Of a stretch of 64,000 bases of DNA, positions 49,119 to 59,146 are shown in pieces. The stretch is from contig OY761556.1 in the NCBI GenBank assembly GCA_963664705.1, positions 3,936,001 to 4,000,000 of the forward strand, written 5' to 3'. The notes beneath the pieces were generated by a model. That model was not told the DNA's origin. It did not search any database and saw nothing but the letters and a program-made list of their open reading frames with translations. The DNA comes from Acidobacteriota bacterium. Lineage in GTDB: Bacteria > Acidobacteriota > UBA6911. The translations under genes and the position numbers were made by a program. Every line of letters starts with the position of its first letter. The stretch's first letter is position 1.

Positions 49119-50456
49119 ATGCGCGATCGTGCTTATAGTTTTCTTAAAACTGCCGCAAAACCATTGCCCGCTGATACAATTCTGGCCGAAATTATGCAAG
49201 TCCATTCCCCTGCGCATGCATCTGCGGAAAAAATTATGGCGGCACTGATCGGGAAAGACCCTCGATTCGACCATGCAAACGGTCTTTGGTACATCCGGGA
49301 TGCCCCACCCATCCGGACATGGGATACAGACTCTGCATTCCTCTACATAGAAGCCGCCCATAGGACAAAGCACTGCCGGGGCGCCATCCATTGCACTTCA
49401 GGCCATTGTTTTGAATTTGACAGCTCCACAAGCGCCGCTGCGATCGTCGAAGCACTGGACAGGACGAAGGGAAAGGTGCTCTTTGCCTGGGGTAAACGGG
49501 ATTTGCATCAGCTGAATCAACTTCTTGCAAAGAGCCGCATTCCGGAATGGACGGGAGAGTTTCTCTCGCTGGGCCTGATGGCAAGCCGTCTGTTCCATCG
49601 AAAGATTCAGTCTCCCAACGCCCTGGCATCAGTCCTGGATATTCATGTGCCGGAGGATAGCGATCCCAAAGAAATGGCCCGTTTCATTTCCGACTGCGTT
49701 CCGCTTCTATTGGATCGCATACCAGCGGAATACAGAGAAGAGATCGGCCTGCTGCAAACCTGGGTCAACGGCGCAGAGAAGACCATTGATTTCGGGCATT
49801 TTGAATTTGATCTGATTTTTCTAAAACAACTCCCGGAATCCCCCGGCGTTTATATCATGAAGGATCGAACCGATCGGGTCCTTTATGTCGGCCAGTCCGG
49901 CAACCTGAGAAAACGAGTGCGCTCCTATTTCGTATCGAGTGCGCTGGAGCAGCCCAAAATACAAAAAATCCATGAGAGCCTCTATCGCATCGAAGTCCGT
50001 CAGACAAAAAATGAGGTGGAAGCCCTGCTTTTGGAAATGCGCCTCATTCGCAGGCTGAAACCGGTGATTAACCTGCAAACCGAGGTGCATCGGGATATCC
50101 CGCGGCATGGTCCACGGAATATCATCCTGATGGCAAGCAAAACCGATTATGAAGCAGCCACGCTCTATTTCTTGCGAGAGAATTGTTTCATCGGAAAGCA
50201 GCTAAACCGGCTGGGGACATCCGCGGCTGCCAAATTGCGGGAAAGAATCCGGAGGATCTTTTTCGGTAAGAGCAAAGAGCCGCGAAGGCATGATCCCCGG
50301 GAAATGGAGATCGTCGCCCGGTGGATGGCCCGACATGGAAAGCGTCTGAACTGGCTGGATGTTGACGAGGCAGGAAGCTTTGGCAATGTCATCCGACTGC
50401 TGAATGATTACCTGCATGATCCGGATAATTTGAGCAAAAAGGTCTATTACCGATAA
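49119..50456 (+). CDS. GIY-YIG (UvrC N-terminal/Cho-like) nuclease with a degenerate N-terminal region
   Basis: LPESPGVY...LYVGQSGNLRKRVRSYF...EALLLEMRLI...P..N. Confidence 0.85.
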   Translation: MRDRAYSFLKTAAKPLPADTILAEIMQVHSPAHASAEKIMAALIGKDPRFDHANGLWYIRDAPPIRTWDTDSAFLYIEAAHRTKHCRGAIHCTSGHCFEFDSSTSAAAIVEALDRTKGKVLFAWGKRDLHQLNQLLAKSRIPEWTGEFLSLGLMASRLFHRKIQSPNALASVLDIHVPEDSDPKEMARFISDCVPLLLDRIPAEYREEIGLLQTWVNGAEKTIDFGHFEFDLIFLKQLPESPGVYIMKDRTDRVLYVGQSGNLRKRVRSYFVSSALEQPKIQKIHESLYRIEVRQTKNEVEALLLEMRLIRRLKPVINLQTEVHRDIPRHGPRNIILMASKTDYEAATLYFLRENCFIGKQLNRLGTSAAAKLRERIRRIFFGKSKEPRRHDPREMEIVARWMARHGKRLNWLDVDEAGSFGNVIRLLNDYLHDPDNLSKKVYYR

Positions 50457-50500
50457 CCCGATGACGGAGTCCCGATCGCCACAGCCTCCGAGACAAAAGA

Positions 50501-51220
50501 CTAATTCCTGGTGACTTCAATGTGCTTCAAGGGTAAAGCAATCCTGTAAAGAATGTGCTGGTCATCAACCCATAGGTCTATCTGCGCGGACCCCGAATCA
50601 GCTTTGAGGTGATGCAGATTCCGTTTTTTCCCGCGAATGGAGACGCTATCCAACCCGGCATCGCGGACCTGGAGCAATCCATTTCGCAGTTCCTGGGGAA
50701 TCACAACTTCCATCGGCTGCACGCTTACCTTGCTTTGAAAATCAAACAGCCTGGCAATGAATGCAAAATGATGGAATACGTTTGTATCCAGAATTGAATA
50801 TTGCTCTCCGACAAGCAACCCACTTTGCCTGGGAGGAACACCTGCTACGGCGTATTCGAAAGTCGCCTGTTTATCCTCGAAGCTTCCACGAACTATGCCC
50901 TTCTGCCCGTTTACCTCCGTCCGCAACTGATATTTGACCGGGACAAAAAGGCTGTTCATTACCAGTTCCGTTTCCAGCTTTATCAATTGCTTGCTGTTGG
51001 CGGGATCACGAAAACTCAAAGATGAACTGCTCCGAATAGAATCGCCGGAAGCTTGAATGGAAAATTTCTCCTGGCCGATTTCCTTCCCTGCCAGAGAAAT
51101 AACCAACTGGGCTTCATCGTGAAAGGGCTTTTGCTCGGCGGCAACAGCCATGAATGAAGAAATAGCGAAAGTACAGAATCCCCAAACGACGAATTTCAAA
51201 ATAGAGTTTATTCTCATCAT
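50501..51220 (-). CDS. Hypothetical secreted beta-rich protein
   Basis: Signal peptide; GKEIGQEKF...IDLWVD; overlaps the radical SAM stop codon. Confidence 0.65.
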   Translation of the reverse strand: MMRINSILKFVVWGFCTFAISSFMAVAAEQKPFHDEAQLVISLAGKEIGQEKFSIQASGDSIRSSSSLSFRDPANSKQLIKLETELVMNSLFVPVKYQLRTEVNGQKGIVRGSFEDKQATFEYAVAGVPPRQSGLLVGEQYSILDTNVFHHFAFIARLFDFQSKVSVQPMEVVIPQELRNGLLQVRDAGLDSVSIRGKKRNLHHLKADSGSAQIDLWVDDQHILYRIALPLKHIEVTRN

Positions 51221-52719
51221 GGGATGTTTTGGCCCGTCTCGCTTCCATCGAAAACGGGACGGTACCGGAAAGGTTTCACCTCACGCCGTTCAAAGGCCGT
51301 TTTCCATGCAGAGAAACTGCCGCCGGCCTTCCATGCATCCATTGCCGCCAATCCGGCTGATTCCCCAGTCTGGGAAAGCATATATTCGACCCACGCCCAG
51401 CGGGCGGAAATTGGGCGCACCTCTGCTTTTCCCTTCAATCCCGACCGGATCTTTGCCAGCTTCGCATTCAGCAAACCAATCGATTCAAAGGGCATTCCAT
51501 CGAGTGGAGTATTTCGCTTGGCAACAAAGGGCGCGATCCCCAGTGAGAGCGGGGCTATTCGGGAAAGCTCCAGGGAAAAACGAATCAGTTCTTCAATGTC
51601 GGCCATAGTTTCACCCGGAAGACCCACCATCTCATAAAGCTTCAATCGGTGCAACCCGGCGTTCCGAACCAGTTCCGCGGCGTGCAGGAGATGATGTTCG
51701 CTTGTTTTGCGCTGAACCATGTCCCGCAGACGCTGCGATGCCCCATCCGATGCGGTCGTCAACGTTCGATATCCGCCCCGCGCCAGCAGTTTCACCAGAT
51801 CATCATTGAGACGATCTGCTCGCAGGCTGGAAATCCCAATCTCGCGTCCACTCTCCACAATCCTGGCAACGAGATCGTTTATTTCGGGATGATCGGTTAC
51901 TGCCGCCCCCACCAGGCCGACGCGTCGTGCATTCTCCGGAATGAGCGAGAAAGCTTTCGCAGAAGGAACAAGCCTCATTCCTCCATTCGTTGTTCGGCGC
52001 ATCACACAATAATTACAGCCGCGGGAGCAGCCGCGCTCCGGCTCCACAAGAAACATTGAAGCAAGGACGGTATTCTTCGTCAGGATTTGAGAGAAGGCCG
52101 GCAGCCTGGAATCAGGGGCTTTGGCTATCGGAGGAAGCTCCTCCGTCATACCGGGAACGAAACAGCCCGGAACAGCGGACAGCCTGCCGAGGATAGCCTC
52201 CCTTCCTTGCTCCGAAGCGGCGGCCTCCAGAAATGTGTGGATAAGCTCTTCGCCCTCACCGAGAAGAATCAAGTCGACAAATGGAGCCAGGGGCAATGGG
52301 TTCGAGTTTGTCAGCGGGCCACCCACAATAACAAGCGGATGCCTGTCAGTGCGGTCCTGCCGGAGCAGCGGGATACCGCTCAAATCAAGAACCTCCAGTA
52401 TTCCGGTTAACTCCAGTTCATAGGCAATCGAAAATGCAATCACAGGAAAATCTGCAATCGGAGTCTCCGATTCATAGGTGAGGATCGGAACATGATTTTT
52501 CCTGTGTTCGGCAGAATCCTCAGGAGCAAACGCTCGCTCAGCCGACCAGTCTGGATGTTGATTTATCTCGCGGTAGATCGTCTGATATCCGAGCGAGCTC
52601 ATGGCGACATCGTAAGGAGCCGGATGGCACAAGGCGATCCGGAGAGGCGAGGGCTTGCGAATAACGCCCTCCTCCTCACGCACTCTCTGCCGGATTTTGC
52701 TCAGAATATCCCAGGTCAT
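51217..52719 (-). CDS. Radical SAM protein with a B12-binding-like N-terminal domain
   Basis: RGCSRGCNYC; MSSLGYQ; GEGEE; start placed at MTWDILSK. Confidence 0.88.
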   Translation of the reverse strand: MTWDILSKIRQRVREEEGVIRKPSPLRIALCHPAPYDVAMSSLGYQTIYREINQHPDWSAERAFAPEDSAEHRKNHVPILTYESETPIADFPVIAFSIAYELELTGILEVLDLSGIPLLRQDRTDRHPLVIVGGPLTNSNPLPLAPFVDLILLGEGEELIHTFLEAAASEQGREAILGRLSAVPGCFVPGMTEELPPIAKAPDSRLPAFSQILTKNTVLASMFLVEPERGCSRGCNYCVMRRTTNGGMRLVPSAKAFSLIPENARRVGLVGAAVTDHPEINDLVARIVESGREIGISSLRADRLNDDLVKLLARGGYRTLTTASDGASQRLRDMVQRKTSEHHLLHAAELVRNAGLHRLKLYEMVGLPGETMADIEELIRFSLELSRIAPLSLGIAPFVAKRNTPLDGMPFESIGLLNAKLAKIRSGLKGKAEVRPISARWAWVEYMLSQTGESAGLAAMDAWKAGGSFSAWKTAFERREVKPFRYRPVFDGSETGQNIP

Positions 52720-52722
52720 AGG

Positions 52723-52753
52723 AGATTTCAGATTCCAGATTTCAGATTCCAGA
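52723..52753. repeat. AGATTYC heptamer x4
   Basis: Read directly between queE and the radical SAM gene. Confidence 0.8.
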
Positions 52754-52759
52754 ATGGAG

Positions 52760-53398
52760 TCAAACACCTCTCTGAATATCGGGCCAGACGATCTTGTGCA
52801 ACTGCACCTGCATTCGTACAGGCAATCCGCAATGCAATATCCAATCAGCCAGATTCGCATTGGTGACTTTCGAATGCACCGGAGAAAACAACACGGCAGA
52901 CACGCGGGATATCAAATCATAGCGGCGGATCATACCGCATGCCCAGTCGAAATCTTCCTTGTCTCCCACCACAAATTTCACTTCGTCCGCTCGGGTAAGG
53001 CACAGCACATTTTCCAGTCGGTTGTGCACTTCCATCCCGCTGGAGGGGCATTTAAAATCCATGATTTTATGTATGCGCGGATCCACATCCGCGAGCGAGA
53101 TCTGGCCGCCGGTTTCAAGCAGCACAACATATCCCCGATCCAGTAGTGCGCGGAAAAGCGCATGAACCGATTCCTGCAGCATCGGTTCTCCGCCGGTTAC
53201 AAGAGCGAACCGCGTGGGAAATGGCTCGATTTTGTCAAGGATCTGCTCAACAGCCATCTCGGTGCCTTCATAAAAGGCATATTCCGAATCGCAGTAGGTA
53301 CAGCGAAGATTGCATCCGCTAAGTCTTATAAAAGCGAAAGGAAGCCCCGCATAGGTAGACTCGCCCTGGATACTGAAAAAAATTTCATTAACTTTCAT
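52760..53398 (-). CDS. queE: 7-carboxy-7-deazaguanine synthase
   Basis: [25 protein letters not shown] and QLHKIVW motifs. Confidence 0.9.
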   Translation of the reverse strand: MKVNEIFFSIQGESTYAGLPFAFIRLSGCNLRCTYCDSEYAFYEGTEMAVEQILDKIEPFPTRFALVTGGEPMLQESVHALFRALLDRGYVVLLETGGQISLADVDPRIHKIMDFKCPSSGMEVHNRLENVLCLTRADEVKFVVGDKEDFDWACGMIRRYDLISRVSAVLFSPVHSKVTNANLADWILHCGLPVRMQVQLHKIVWPDIQRGV

Positions 53399-56207
53399 TT
53401 TTCCTTCGAGCATCCCATTTTCGATTCCCGATTATTGCCTGGCGGCCAAGAACCGAACGCAGCGCTTGCCCCGTTGCAGACACATCCAATCGCGCAACCT
53501 CCTCCGGCGTTCCCTCTGCTACAATTTTCCCACCATGTTCACCGCCGCCCGGCCCCAGATCGATGATGTGATCCGCCATTTTGATTACATCCAGATTATG
53601 CTCGATCACGACAACGGTATTGCCCATATCCACCAGGCTGTTCAGGATATCGAGGAGTTTTTTAACATCATGGAAATGCAATCCGGTCGTTGGTTCGTCC
53701 AATATATACAGCGTTCGGCCTGTTGCCCGCCGGCTTAATTCCTTGGACAGTTTGACCCGTTGGGCCTCGCCGCCTGAAAGCGTGGTTGCGGACTGTCCCA
53801 GCTGGACGTATCCAAGGCCGACTTCATTTAGAGTCTGCAGCTTCTGTGCAATGGCCGGGATGTTCTCCAGCAGCGAGTAGGCATCTCCGATATTCATCTC
53901 CAGCAGATCTGCGATGGAATATCCCTTGTATTTCACGGCAAGCGTCTCACGGTTATAGCGCTTGCCCTGGCAGGTTTCACAGAGTACGTGGACATCGGGA
54001 AGAAAACTCATCTCAATCCGTCGAAGGCCATCGCCCTGACATGCTTCACACCGTCCACCCTTTACATTGAAGCTGAATCGGCCCGCCTTGTAACCACGGA
54101 TTCGCGATTCGGGAAGCATGGCAAATAGCTCGCGCAGGGGAGTAAACAAGCCCGTATATGTCGCAGGATTTGAACGCGGCGTTCGCCCGATGGGTGACTG
54201 GTCAATCTCGATTACCTTGTCCAGGTGCTCCATCCCTGTTATCTCTCCATAGCGACCAGGGTTCGTCAAAGCCCGGTGCAGCTTTCTGGAAAGGACACTG
54301 TAGAGAATATCTCCGACCAGAGAGGACTTGCCCGCCCCCGAAACTCCGGTAACACAGATGAAAAGCCCGAGCGGGAATTCCACATCAATGTTGTGAAGGT
54401 TATTCTGCTGGGCAGCCTTTACCACCAGCCTTTTGCCATTCCCTTCTCTTCTTTTTTCCGGATAGTCGATGCGGAGTTCGCCGGTCAGGTATTTGCCGGT
54501 AAAGGAGTCCGTGGCCTTCATGACATCCTCAATTGGGCCGGCAGCGACAATCTCACCGCCAGCGCGTCCGCCGCCGGGGCCTAAATCCACAATGTAATCC
54601 GCACTCCGCATCGTCTCCTCATCATGCTCGACCACCAGGATCGTGTTCCCCAAATCTCTTAGATCTGCCAGTGTATTGAGCAGACGCCGGTTGTCGATCG
54701 GATGAAGTCCGATGGAAGGTTCGTCCAAGACGTACAGCACGCCGCGAAGTTTGGATCCGATCTGCGTTGCCAGCCGGATTCGTTGGCCCTCGCCGCCGGA
54801 CAACGTCGAAGCGGGCCGGTCCAGGGAAAGATAGCCAACGCCCACATTCAGCAGAAACTCCATGCGATCCTGAATTTCCCGGAGTATCTGCCCGGCAATC
54901 TTCAATTCCCGTGTTGAAAGCTGAATTTCGCGAAATGCCTTCTCCGCACTTTCCAGCGAAAGCCTGGCGTAATCCGAGATCGACAGGTCGTTGATCTTGA
55001 CGGATCTGCTTTCCGGGCGCAACCGAGCGCCTTTGCAGGCAGCACAGTCGGTTACAGAGAAGAGTTTTGCCACTTCCTCCTGAAGGTTTGAATTCGAGTC
55101 GGTTTCAAGCACGGACTTCAGCCACCGATCAATTCCCCAGAATCCTCCGGGCTCGCCGCTTCCAAAAAAGAATGCTTCTTTGACTTTGGCTGGAATCTTT
55201 TCGAATGAAGTCTTGCCGTCTATTTTATGCTTACGCGTTACCCGGAGAAGCGACTCGTGCAAGTGGGCGGCAATTCTGGCATTTTCGATTGAAAACTTCA
55301 GTTTTGCGATGGGCTGATCGGGATCGAGTATCAGGTTATCCGGATTGACGGTCAACTGAGTCCCCATGCCCTGACACTCCGGACATGCCCCGTGCCGGGA
55401 ATTGAAGGAAAAAGACCGCGGCTCCAGGGTGGGGATGCTGATTCCGCAGTCGACACATGCCTGCCGCTCGGAAAAGAGCTTTTCCTCAATATCAACCGCG
55501 GATATCGTCACAAGCCCCTCTGCCAGTTCCAGCGCAGCCTTCACCGACATCTCCAGGCGGCGCCGGATGCCGGACTTGATAAGAACTCGATCCACAACCA
55601 CGTCGACGCTGTGGTTGCGATTCTTGGTCAGCCGGATATCTTCCTCGAGTTCGCGCATCTCACCATCGACGCGCGCGCGCAGATAGCCTTTTTTCAGATA
55701 GGTCTCAAAAAGCTTTTTGAATTCTCCCTTCCGATCCCGAACCACCGGCGCCAGGATGATCACGCGCGAATCTTCAGGATAGGAAGCAACCAGATCCACG
55801 ATCTGTTCGACAGTCTGATGCGAAATTGGCTTGCCGCAAATATGGCAATTGGGCTTTCCGATTGAAGCGAACAGCAGACGCATGTAGTCGTAGATTTCGG
55901 TCACCGTTCCCACGGTTGAGCGCGGACTGCGGCTTGTTGTCTTCTGCTCAATGCTTATGGCCGGCGATAGACCTTCGGCACTGTCGACATCCGGCTTCTC
56001 CATTCGTTCAAGAAATTGCCGGGCATACGCCGAAAGCGATTCTATATATCGCCGCTGACCCTCCGCATATATCGTATCGAACGCAAGACTGGATTTGCCT
56101 GATCCCGACAGCCCGGTAACAACCGTAAGCTTGTGTCTTGGGATCTCAACACTGATGTTTTTGAGATTATGCTGGCGTGCGCCGCGCACTACTATTTTGT
56201 CTAACAT
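53388..56207 (-). CDS. uvrA: Excinuclease ABC subunit A
   Basis: GARQHNLKN; two Walker A motifs; zinc fingers; LSGGEAQR. Confidence 0.98.
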   Translation of the reverse strand: MLDKIVVRGARQHNLKNISVEIPRHKLTVVTGLSGSGKSSLAFDTIYAEGQRRYIESLSAYARQFLERMEKPDVDSAEGLSPAISIEQKTTSRSPRSTVGTVTEIYDYMRLLFASIGKPNCHICGKPISHQTVEQIVDLVASYPEDSRVIILAPVVRDRKGEFKKLFETYLKKGYLRARVDGEMRELEEDIRLTKNRNHSVDVVVDRVLIKSGIRRRLEMSVKAALELAEGLVTISAVDIEEKLFSERQACVDCGISIPTLEPRSFSFNSRHGACPECQGMGTQLTVNPDNLILDPDQPIAKLKFSIENARIAAHLHESLLRVTRKHKIDGKTSFEKIPAKVKEAFFFGSGEPGGFWGIDRWLKSVLETDSNSNLQEEVAKLFSVTDCAACKGARLRPESRSVKINDLSISDYARLSLESAEKAFREIQLSTRELKIAGQILREIQDRMEFLLNVGVGYLSLDRPASTLSGGEGQRIRLATQIGSKLRGVLYVLDEPSIGLHPIDNRRLLNTLADLRDLGNTILVVEHDEETMRSADYIVDLGPGGGRAGGEIVAAGPIEDVMKATDSFTGKYLTGELRIDYPEKRREGNGKRLVVKAAQQNNLHNIDVEFPLGLFICVTGVSGAGKSSLVGDILYSVLSRKLHRALTNPGRYGEITGMEHLDKVIEIDQSPIGRTPRSNPATYTGLFTPLRELFAMLPESRIRGYKAGRFSFNVKGGRCEACQGDGLRRIEMSFLPDVHVLCETCQGKRYNRETLAVKYKGYSIADLLEMNIGDAYSLLENIPAIAQKLQTLNEVGLGYVQLGQSATTLSGGEAQRVKLSKELSRRATGRTLYILDEPTTGLHFHDVKKLLDILNSLVDMGNTVVVIEHNLDVIKMADHIIDLGPGGGEHGGKIVAEGTPEEVARLDVSATGQALRSVLGRQAIIGNRKWDARRKNES

Positions 56208-56277
56208 GAACGGACCAAATCGTTAATTTTATTCTCATCATTCAAGGAGACAAGAGCTCGAAGTCTTCTGCGAGTCT

Positions 56278-58188
56278 CTACCCTTTTTCGGTTTGCTTTA
56301 CAATCGACCGGTAGGTAGCCCAAGTCAACAGACATAGCACCAGGACCGATAGAATATCCCTTGCCGGAACCGAGCGGATGAATGCGAGCGGTAGTTGTAC
56401 GTCAAGCCCAATCGGGATTGCCAGAAAAATACCGGTCAGGGCTTCCCCCGCAACCAGTCCGGCACATACCACCGTCCCGGTCTGAATGGCCAATTCCATT
56501 TTTGAAGAACCCTTATATTTCCGGCTGACCAGAAGGTGCACAATTCCGCCGAGCAGAATAGGAAGCGTTGTGGTAAATGGGAGATAGATCCCCACCGCAA
56601 CAGCCATGGGACTGATCCCAAAGCTGGATCCGCGATGCTTCAGATATTCCCCGAGGATAATCAGAAAAATCGCAAACACAGCACCGAAACCGATCATATT
56701 CCAGGGCAAACTGGACCCTTCCATGAACAGGCCTTTGGCCATAGCGGAAAACATGCTTGCCTGGGGAGCAAGCAGCTTATCCGACCCTATTCCAAATGCC
56801 CTGTCCAGGAAAGCCATGAGCGGCGCGGCCAGAAGCGATGTCGCAACCACGGCGATGATCAATCCGGCCTGCAGGGATTTTGGTTGCCCGCCGACAATCA
56901 TGGCTGTTCTGAAATTCTGCGCGGCCGTTCCCGAAAGGCACGCAGCCAGGCAAACGACGCCTGAAATCAGCAGAATGGTGCGAACCGCTTCCGCACCTGC
57001 CAGTCGCCCTGCAAATAGAAAGACGGCGGCCAGCAGAAACGTGCAAATCGTGATCCCGGATACGGGCTGATTTGTGCTCCCGATCAGTCCAACGATATAC
57101 ACGGAAATCGCCACAAAGAAGAAAACCGCAAGCACTGTATACAAGGTCGCGATCCCTGCTCCGAGCGGACTCACATTGTAAAAATATATTCCGGCCGCTA
57201 TGAGGATTCCGGTAATGATGAAAAACCAGATCGTTCCCCTCTGCAGGTCGGTCTCACGGGACTCGCCTGAAGCACCGTCTGCAGTCCTGGTTTCGCTCAG
57301 CCCCACGACCGCAGATCGAATGCCGGCAGCCAGTTGTCCCCGGATCTTCACAATGGACCACAAGCCACCAATGGTCATGCCTCCAACCCCGATGTATCGC
57401 ACCTGGTTCGCCCACATGGCTGATGCGGCCGCGTCCGGTGCTCCCGCAACGTGCTGCAATGCCGTAAACAGAGGAATGAAAAAGAGCCAGGCAAGTGCGC
57501 CGCCCAGCGCTACAAGCGCAGCACCATCGAATTCAATGATGAAGCCAACGCCGACAAGTGCAGCCGAGACATCCGAGCCCAACCGAAAAACGGCACTCCC
57601 CAGGCGAAAGGCACCCGAGACCGTCTCCTGAAAAACAGAGATCCCCGAAGATAAAACCTTCACGGCAAACCCGCCGAAAAAGGCGGCAATGACGCTGCGA
57701 ATCCCTTCGCGACGCCCTTCTCCGAACGCGGCCATTCCCGTTTTCAGGATTTCGGCGGTAGCCACGCCCTCGGGGTATTTTAGCTCCTTGGATTCCACAA
57801 CCATGGGACGACGAAGAAACCCGGTGAGAACAATCCCTAATATGCTGCCGGCCAGAACTGCCAGCGTGACGGTGGCATATTCCGCCGTTCCCCACGCGGC
57901 AAATGGCTTTAGAGCGCCGGACAATACAAGCGCCGGGAACACGAAAATGACACCTGCGGCAAGTCCCTCTCCGACGGAACCTGTGGCTTGCGACAGATTG
58001 ACCTCCGCCACCGAGCGGGTGCGCATTATGGTGTGAAAGAGTATCAGGGCAATGACGCTGCAGGGTATGTTCGCACTGATGGTTATCCCAACCTTCAGCC
58101 CAAGATACATATTTGCGGCGGCCATGGCCAGGCTCAATACAACACCCACCACAATTGCCCTAAGTGTAAACTCCCTGCTGTTCTGCAT
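56278..58188 (-). CDS. OPT family oligopeptide transporter
   Basis: YLGLKVG, YPEGVATAE, NQPVSG and LAPQA motifs; start placed at MQNSREF. Confidence 0.92.
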   Translation of the reverse strand: MQNSREFTLRAIVVGVVLSLAMAAANMYLGLKVGITISANIPCSVIALILFHTIMRTRSVAEVNLSQATGSVGEGLAAGVIFVFPALVLSGALKPFAAWGTAEYATVTLAVLAGSILGIVLTGFLRRPMVVESKELKYPEGVATAEILKTGMAAFGEGRREGIRSVIAAFFGGFAVKVLSSGISVFQETVSGAFRLGSAVFRLGSDVSAALVGVGFIIEFDGAALVALGGALAWLFFIPLFTALQHVAGAPDAAASAMWANQVRYIGVGGMTIGGLWSIVKIRGQLAAGIRSAVVGLSETRTADGASGESRETDLQRGTIWFFIITGILIAAGIYFYNVSPLGAGIATLYTVLAVFFFVAISVYIVGLIGSTNQPVSGITICTFLLAAVFLFAGRLAGAEAVRTILLISGVVCLAACLSGTAAQNFRTAMIVGGQPKSLQAGLIIAVVATSLLAAPLMAFLDRAFGIGSDKLLAPQASMFSAMAKGLFMEGSSLPWNMIGFGAVFAIFLIILGEYLKHRGSSFGISPMAVAVGIYLPFTTTLPILLGGIVHLLVSRKYKGSSKMELAIQTGTVVCAGLVAGEALTGIFLAIPIGLDVQLPLAFIRSVPARDILSVLVLCLLTWATYRSIVKQTEKG

Positions 58189-58205
58189 ACGTGCGCCCCG
58201 CCTCT

Positions 58206-58925
58206 TCAGGAATGATCCGCTGTCACTGCACGGTCCCGGCTTCGAATCCGTGAAAAATGCCACGGGAGATATAGCAACCAAAACGATACAAATGCAATCG
58301 CCTCGACAGACAATAAATACCACGGCCATGGGCCAAGCACATCAAACAATGACGCAGCGTCCGGCTTTCGGCAGAGATATCCGTAATTCCAGCCCATCGC
58401 CCAATCCAGGATCCCTACGACCAATCCATACAGGTTCAAAGCGGCCATCATCTTCAGTATGGTTTTGGGACTGGGACTGAATCGACCATCCGAAACGAGA
58501 AAAATGATCCCCGTCAACGTCACGCCATGTCCCCAGAAAAATTGAATGAAATCCCAGGAAGGAAATCCTGAAACAAGGTCCGGCGTGGCCGTTGCCTGCA
58601 AAACGCCACCCAATCCACAGAAATAGGCAATCTCGGTAAGGAACCGGTTCGGACAGAAAAGCGAAATAGCGCACGCAGCCAGGATCAGATTACACAGGTC
58701 CAGGGGCAGCGAATACCGCCAGGCAAGAGAGTGGGTTAAACCCTGCTGAATATATAAAGCTGCGGCATAGCCTATCAGCAGACATCCAATCAGCGGTCCC
58801 AACCACTTTCGAATACGACTGGACCTCGCTTTGAACGCTATCAGGAGACAAAAACCCAGAATGACGGCCAGAGCAATTATGTGTTGAAGGTTAAATGCTT
58901 TAAAATCCCGGATCGCCGTCGGCAT
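58206..58925 (-). CDS. YwaF-like (TMEM164-like) membrane protein
   Basis: LPLDLC, TPDL, NYGYLCRKP and GPWPWY motifs. Confidence 0.85.
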   Translation of the reverse strand: MPTAIRDFKAFNLQHIIALAVILGFCLLIAFKARSSRIRKWLGPLIGCLLIGYAAALYIQQGLTHSLAWRYSLPLDLCNLILAACAISLFCPNRFLTEIAYFCGLGGVLQATATPDLVSGFPSWDFIQFFWGHGVTLTGIIFLVSDGRFSPSPKTILKMMAALNLYGLVVGILDWAMGWNYGYLCRKPDAASLFDVLGPWPWYLLSVEAIAFVSFWLLYLPWHFSRIRSRDRAVTADHS

Positions 58926-59146
58926 CCCATCATGTTACTACAGCCGGGACATTTTGCGCTTATTTGTGAAATGCGTGCCGCGCGGCACACCTTGGCAGCC
59001 AATCATACCAATCCTGTTTCGGTCCCTGTCCGACCCGTTTTGGAATCGAAATCCTTAGTGAGGATGAAACAACAGGGGTATCATAGGGCTCCATAACCCA
59101 AAAAAATGTTGATTAGATCGAATCAGGAGTATGGAGGCAGAGATAC

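Noticed and set aside
56208-56277. LexA box upstream of uvrA
   Set aside because: No convincing known SOS-box pattern seen
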